Shown here in pieces: positions 59,401 through 64,000 of a DNA stretch of 64,000 bases. The notes below the pieces were generated by a model that saw only the letters and a program-made list of their open reading frames with translations, did no database searches and had not been told where the DNA came from. The first letter of the stretch is position 1; each line of letters starts with the position of its first letter. Position numbers and translations under genes: made by a program. Source of the DNA: Octopus bimaculoides (Eukaryota); contig NC_068981.1 of assembly GCF_001194135.2 (NCBI RefSeq), positions 85,780,976 to 85,844,975 of the forward strand. The letters are read 5' to 3'.

Positions 59401-61670
59401 CAACCACTAACGCAACACCAATTGTTACAAACAGATTTAAGCTACCAACAGGCATATTCCAGGGTGATAATTTTATTGGCGGTGAACCACTTGTCAGCCC
59501 TGGATATCTTGGGATATGCAAAAAAGAATAAAATTAATGTCACCCCCACATTTTTTAGTGATGACCTAAAGTTATATTCTGATAACATGAACAACATCAA
59601 GAGACAGTTATAACTAGTCAAAACATTCTCACGTGAGACAGGAATTAAATTTGGGCAAAATAATGCTCATATATGATAGTGAACCGAGGGAAGATTGTCG
59701 ACAAGACAGAGAATATGTACATTATTGGCTTGTCTATCTCCCCTATATCTAATGATGAAAGCTACAAGTATCTCGGAATTGATGAGAATGTTGCATACGT
59801 TGATGTTGTGAGTGAAGTCAGAATAACGAAAGAGTAGGACTCAGAAAAATATAGAACTCAGAGCTGTCTGCATTTAACAAGACCATATCTCACAATGCTT
59901 TTGCAGTGCCAGTGCTAGTACCAACCTTTGGGATACTGGACTGGATACTCGACAAATTACGCAGCCTGGACATCAAAACTAGAAAGGTACTGACCACCAT
60001 TGGCAACTTTCGTATTAACAGCGACGCTGATAGAATCTATCAAAAAGATGTGTTATAATACTATTCCACATATACAAAAACAGCCATACTAACAATCCAA
60101 CATACCTCCATCATCAGCTGCCCCTCGGATATCATTATGGTTTCGACACCTGGGCAGTACCATTCAATCCGGTGGTGTCAACAGCACTAAAATAAGTGTT
60201 GTTTGGGAACAAGCATACCAAAGAAACCACAACTTTCAAACTCATTTAAACTATGTACAACAGTATCGGTAAATAAGTTCAACAAGTAAATCTATAACCA
60301 ACTCCTAAATATGTAACTAAACAGCTACCAAACCTTTAAGTCATACAAACAATATTCCCTACAGTTTTCCATAGTATAATATAAAAGTGAAAGCTTAATA
60401 ACCACATTCATTAAATCTAAATATAGGCAGGATTAAACACTAACTTTAAAGTTAAACTACAAGAAACACATAAATCTATGTACATCTGTATCGGTATTAA
60501 TAGTAAACCTATAATAACTAAATTGTATACTAAATAGCGACCAATCTTTAAGTCCATACAAATAATAATCCCACCAGTCTTTCATAGTTACTACTATAAA
60601 AAAAGTGAAAACTTTATGTTCAATTCTTTCCAAAACAAAACAAGATTGAATTTAATTTAACGAATAATATAATAATTATGAGTGAAATATATTGTGAGAC
60701 GAAGTGATGGCGGCAGAGGCATAAGGTCAGTCCAAACAACCTTTGAATGCCATTATTGTATCACTCAGACAACACCTACCGAACGAAAGAAGTAGTAAAG
60801 GAAGAAATGAATACTTTCCATGCATGCTCAAAAGTGAGAGCTACAACAGCTTCAGAGTTGGAGAACTACTGAACCGGTACTCTGAGAATACAACTGTCTG
60901 GTCCAACCCAAAGAAGGCTGGACTGTATCATACCAGCAAAAAGCGAAGCATGAGTACATATTCCGTAAGCTAGAGGATAACAACAGCATTGACAAGAAGA
61001 GTAGCCTCTCCTGGACCTGTGACAGGTACATTACTTTGAGACAAAGATACCACCAAACCTCTACGTTGTAATAAAAAATGTCGGTCTGCTATACCAGTGT
61101 GGAAGATATTACTCGCATCATCAGCAGCTGCTCAAAAATGTCTACAAGATACTACCTGCCTCTTAAGCATGATATAGTTGCAAAGACTATCTACAATGCT
61201 ACCCGCAGGAAGGATTGCCCTGACGTATACATCCAAGGCATGTCAGAACCAGCATGTATTCACACCTTTATAAACAAGGAATACTGGTGGAACGGTCCAA
61301 TAAAAACAACAATTCGGTGCAAACATAAACCTGATATTGCTCTATGGGACAGGGAACAAAAGTCATGCATTGTTGTAGAGGTAAGCTGCCAGGCTGATGT
61401 GAATGTACAATCAAAAGTTGAGGAAAAAGAGAACATGTATGGTGAATTAATGCGGAACTTACAGCTCTTGTATCCTGACTATAAATTCATTGGTGCATTA
61501 GGTTATGTACCAACAAATTTGCACAAAAACCTAGAAGTACTAGGTTTTACAAAGAAGCCAAAATAACCCCAAAAAACAAAAACAAAAAAAAAACCGACGT
61601 GGATTCTCCAAATCCAGTCTATTAGAGGCACAGTGAAGATTCGTAAGACATTCCAAAAATTCTACATCTA
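56410..61670 (+). mobile_element. Near-full-length degraded R4-like REL LINE (copy 2), with an LTR and a ~650-bp insert inside it
   Basis: N-terminal TFELNQNIYQFYRKAREVPSIGYM region; RT motifs TYRPIASCLNVMYKLY, IWLDYEVFDSVPYSW, FFSDDLKLY and YKYLGIDEN; decayed CCHC (C..VEDITRIISSC); REL KPDIALWD...VEVSC (ORF 61078-61566). Confidence 0.9.
57394..58671 (+). mobile_element. Solo LTR spanning a gap, with 4-bp TSD
   Basis: Termini TGTAG...TTACA; ACAT on both sides (57390-57393, 58672-58675); CCAAT, CACGTG x2, ctatatatag and AATAAA inside. The R4 reading (KISHERKR) resumes across the insertion. Confidence 0.85.
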
Positions 61671-62300
61671 AGATTCTTTAGGTGAATACATGCACACACT
61701 TGGGTGTATGCATCAACAGCTCGACCAACACATACATATAATTGTGCATACATATATACAGACATGTATGTATGTATATATGTATGTATGTATTAAACGT
61801 ATGCATATATAATCGTAATATCTTGGAATATGCTAGACATGGATGCAAATCTTGAAGACAACGAAATTGCAAACATAATCGAGGAACACGTTTAGAAAAT
61901 TTTCGCTATTATCTCAGCAGTATATATATATATATNNNNNNNNNNNNNNNNNNNNNNNNNNNNNNNNNNNNNNNNNNNNNNNNNNNNNNNNNNNNNNNNN
62001 NNNNNNNNNNNNNNNNNNNNNNNNNNNNNNNNNNNNNNNNNNNNNNNNNNNNNNNNNNNNNNNNNNNNNNNNNNNNNNNNNNNNNNNNNNNNNNNNNNNN
62101 NNNNNNNNNNNNNNNNNNNNNNNNNNNNNNNNNGAAACACGTGTACCCCGGAATCCTTTGTGTTCTGTTTTTATTTTTACGTTTTTAATTTATTCTTTCA
62201 CCCCGGCTACTATCTGGCATATACAGGTGCTTCCAATTATCAAGTATTACCTCTAAAATTTACTTTACCTACGTGATTCACGTTGTCCTTCTGATTGGTT

Positions 62301-62408
<108 letters not shown>

Positions 62409-62414
62409 CGTCTT

Positions 62415-62690
62415 TTTTCACAACATGCATATTATCTGTTCTGCTACATGGTTGTGAAACATGCCCACTATATTTAAAACATGTTAAAATGATGGAGTGC
62501 TTTCATCAAAAGTATCTTTTGCACATATTTTGGGAGATACTATGTGAATGATATTGAGGTGAAGGAGTTATAAAATACAGAAATGAAAGCTCTTGCGATG
62601 TAGTAGTTTGAGGTTTGGTCGACTATGATATTCGTGTGAGTGATGGAAGAATTCCAAGGCGTCTACTGCACTATGTAGAGCTGTATTTCT
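62415..62690 (+). mobile_element. RTE (BovB-like) LINE C-terminal fragment
   Basis: CILSVLLHGCETCPLYLKHVKMMECFHQKYLLHIFW...DGRIPRRLL matches RTE post-RT motifs. Confidence 0.75.
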
Positions 62691-62730
62691 AAAAATGAAC
62701 TCTTTACAAACCGAAGATGTGAATACTGCC

Positions 62731-62950
62731 TTACTCATTTAACATTCAAATTATTCAGTCAAATTTAATGCGTATGAATTCACATTGTTTTGAATTAGTC
62801 CTGCATTATCTCATCGTTTCGAGATTTCGACGATGTGGTTGTTTACTTTTAGAAGGACATTGTTGGTTGATGTGAGAGGTTGGGTCTGACCAGTTTCAAC
62901 GTAAGACAGGTAGAATATTTTAGCCAGTTGTAGCCGGTTTAGATGTTCTA
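62731..62950. mobile_element. Degraded piggyBac-like MITE (same family as 10930-11130)
   Basis: cacattgttttgaattagtcctgcattatc...tgtgagaggttgggtctgaccagttt is shared with 10965-11085. Confidence 0.55.
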
Positions 62951-63343
62951 TGGATCTGATCTTAAAAAGTGGTGGCGATTTTCACGTGAAAAAAGATGGA
63001 AAATAATTGTAATTGATAGGGCATCATGAAGAGAAGTTATGCTCAAAACAGCCATGCGTTTCTAAATAGTTGAACCGAAGTAATCTAATCAGAAATAAAT
63101 GCTGCCTGGCAGAACACTGCAATTATTTTCTCTGTTCACGTGAATATTGTCACCACCTTTTAAGATCAGTTACAAGGTCATGACCAACCCAAAGCAATAC
63201 TTGAAAACACATGCCAAGGGACAACACAGCGGAATCGAACGACATGGCAGCAAAGTAAACTTTTTAACCACATATTTTATTTACCCCGAAGAGGAGGAAG
63301 TGCAAAGATGACATCAGTTCATCATCTAATATTACCTATAATC

Positions 63344-63560
63344 AAGGCGGCGAGCTGGTAGAATCGTTAGTACGCCAGACAAAATGCTTAGTGACATTTC
63401 GTCCGTCTTTGCATTCCGAGTTCAAATTCTGTCGAGGTCGACTTTGCCTTCCATCCTTACGGGATCGATAAAAGAAGTACCAATTAAGCATTGGAGTCGA
63501 TGTAATTGACCTTGCCGCTTTCCCGAAATTGCTGACCTAGTGCCAAAATTTGAAATCAGT
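63344..63560 (+). mobile_element. SINE family B
   Basis: aaggcggcgagctggtagaatcgttagtacgccagacaaaatgcttag...aaaatttgaaatc. Confidence 0.92.
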
Positions 63561-64000
63561 AATACCTATAATACAAAAAAAAAAGAAGAAAAGTAAAAAA
63601 AAATAAATCAAAACTTCTAATGACTGTTTTAATTAACTGATAATCTTCGAAGACTGCACAAAATATAAAACCTAATGTTACAATTTACAACAAGATCTTT
63701 CGATATCCGTATTTCTACGGTATTTCTATTTAGTTTCGAATTTAACAGAGCAAGCTGCGGATTCTAAGGAAAATTTTGCTGGTTTACATCGGCAAAAGTT
63801 TTTAGGAGAGTGGGTTATATATCTTTAGATATACACCTAACTCTCCTACATTAAATTGGAAGAGGACCGAACGCAGAAACTCCAAACTGATCAACAACAA
63901 CAAATATTTATTGTTCGGTGTAAAAGGAAAACAGCATCTAATTGTCCGGTTTAGAGTAGCCTGAAATGTTGGTTGTACGGTTCTTCGTGCTGGTGTCGTT

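Noticed and set aside
60041-60692. Possible mitochondrial insertion (numt) suggested by strand skew
   Set aside because: The portion I translated showed no recognisable mitochondrial protein or rRNA motif.
5111-62140. Long ORFs containing runs of X (e.g. 17719-18567, 43066-43899, 51417-52439, 57642-58470)
   Set aside because: They are open only because N-gaps contain no stop codons. Only the real 3' part of 51417-52439 is kept, as an exon.

Overview
AT-rich, repeat-dominated animal genomic DNA from a draft assembly with 11 N-gaps (5456-5686, 17745-18472, 23394-23403, 28166-28223, 32137-32146, 38702-38710, 43197-43845, 51478-52237, 53311-53820, 57680-58341, 61936-62133). The tRNA-derived SINEs, RTE LINEs and microsatellite density suggest an octopus genome (recognition, not proof). 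Host genes: (1) the last coding exon of BRAP (3514-3708, +); (2) an unrecognised multi-exon + strand gene (about 35512-52479) with a signal-peptide exon, Cys-containing exons and a GPI-signal-like last exon, whose exon chain is only partly resolved; (3) one orphan exon-like segment on the - strand (26476-26600). The rest is mostly mobile DNA: a near-full-length RTE LINE with a PHD-finger-like insert in its RT, three REL-endonuclease LINE remnants, a Penelope remnant, four Helitrons (one with a RepHel N-terminus), a deleted Chapaev3-like transposon, hAT and piggyBac-like MITEs, a cluster of Gypsy LTR pieces and about 25 SINE copies. Notable structures are two long hairpins, a ~570-bp inverted duplication, a -1 frameshift signal and a tandem multi-LTR structure. 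No rRNA, true tRNA or CRISPR was seen. Most long ORFs in the supplied track are artefacts of N-gaps or microsatellites. Repeat boundaries are approximate unless termini or TSDs are stated.
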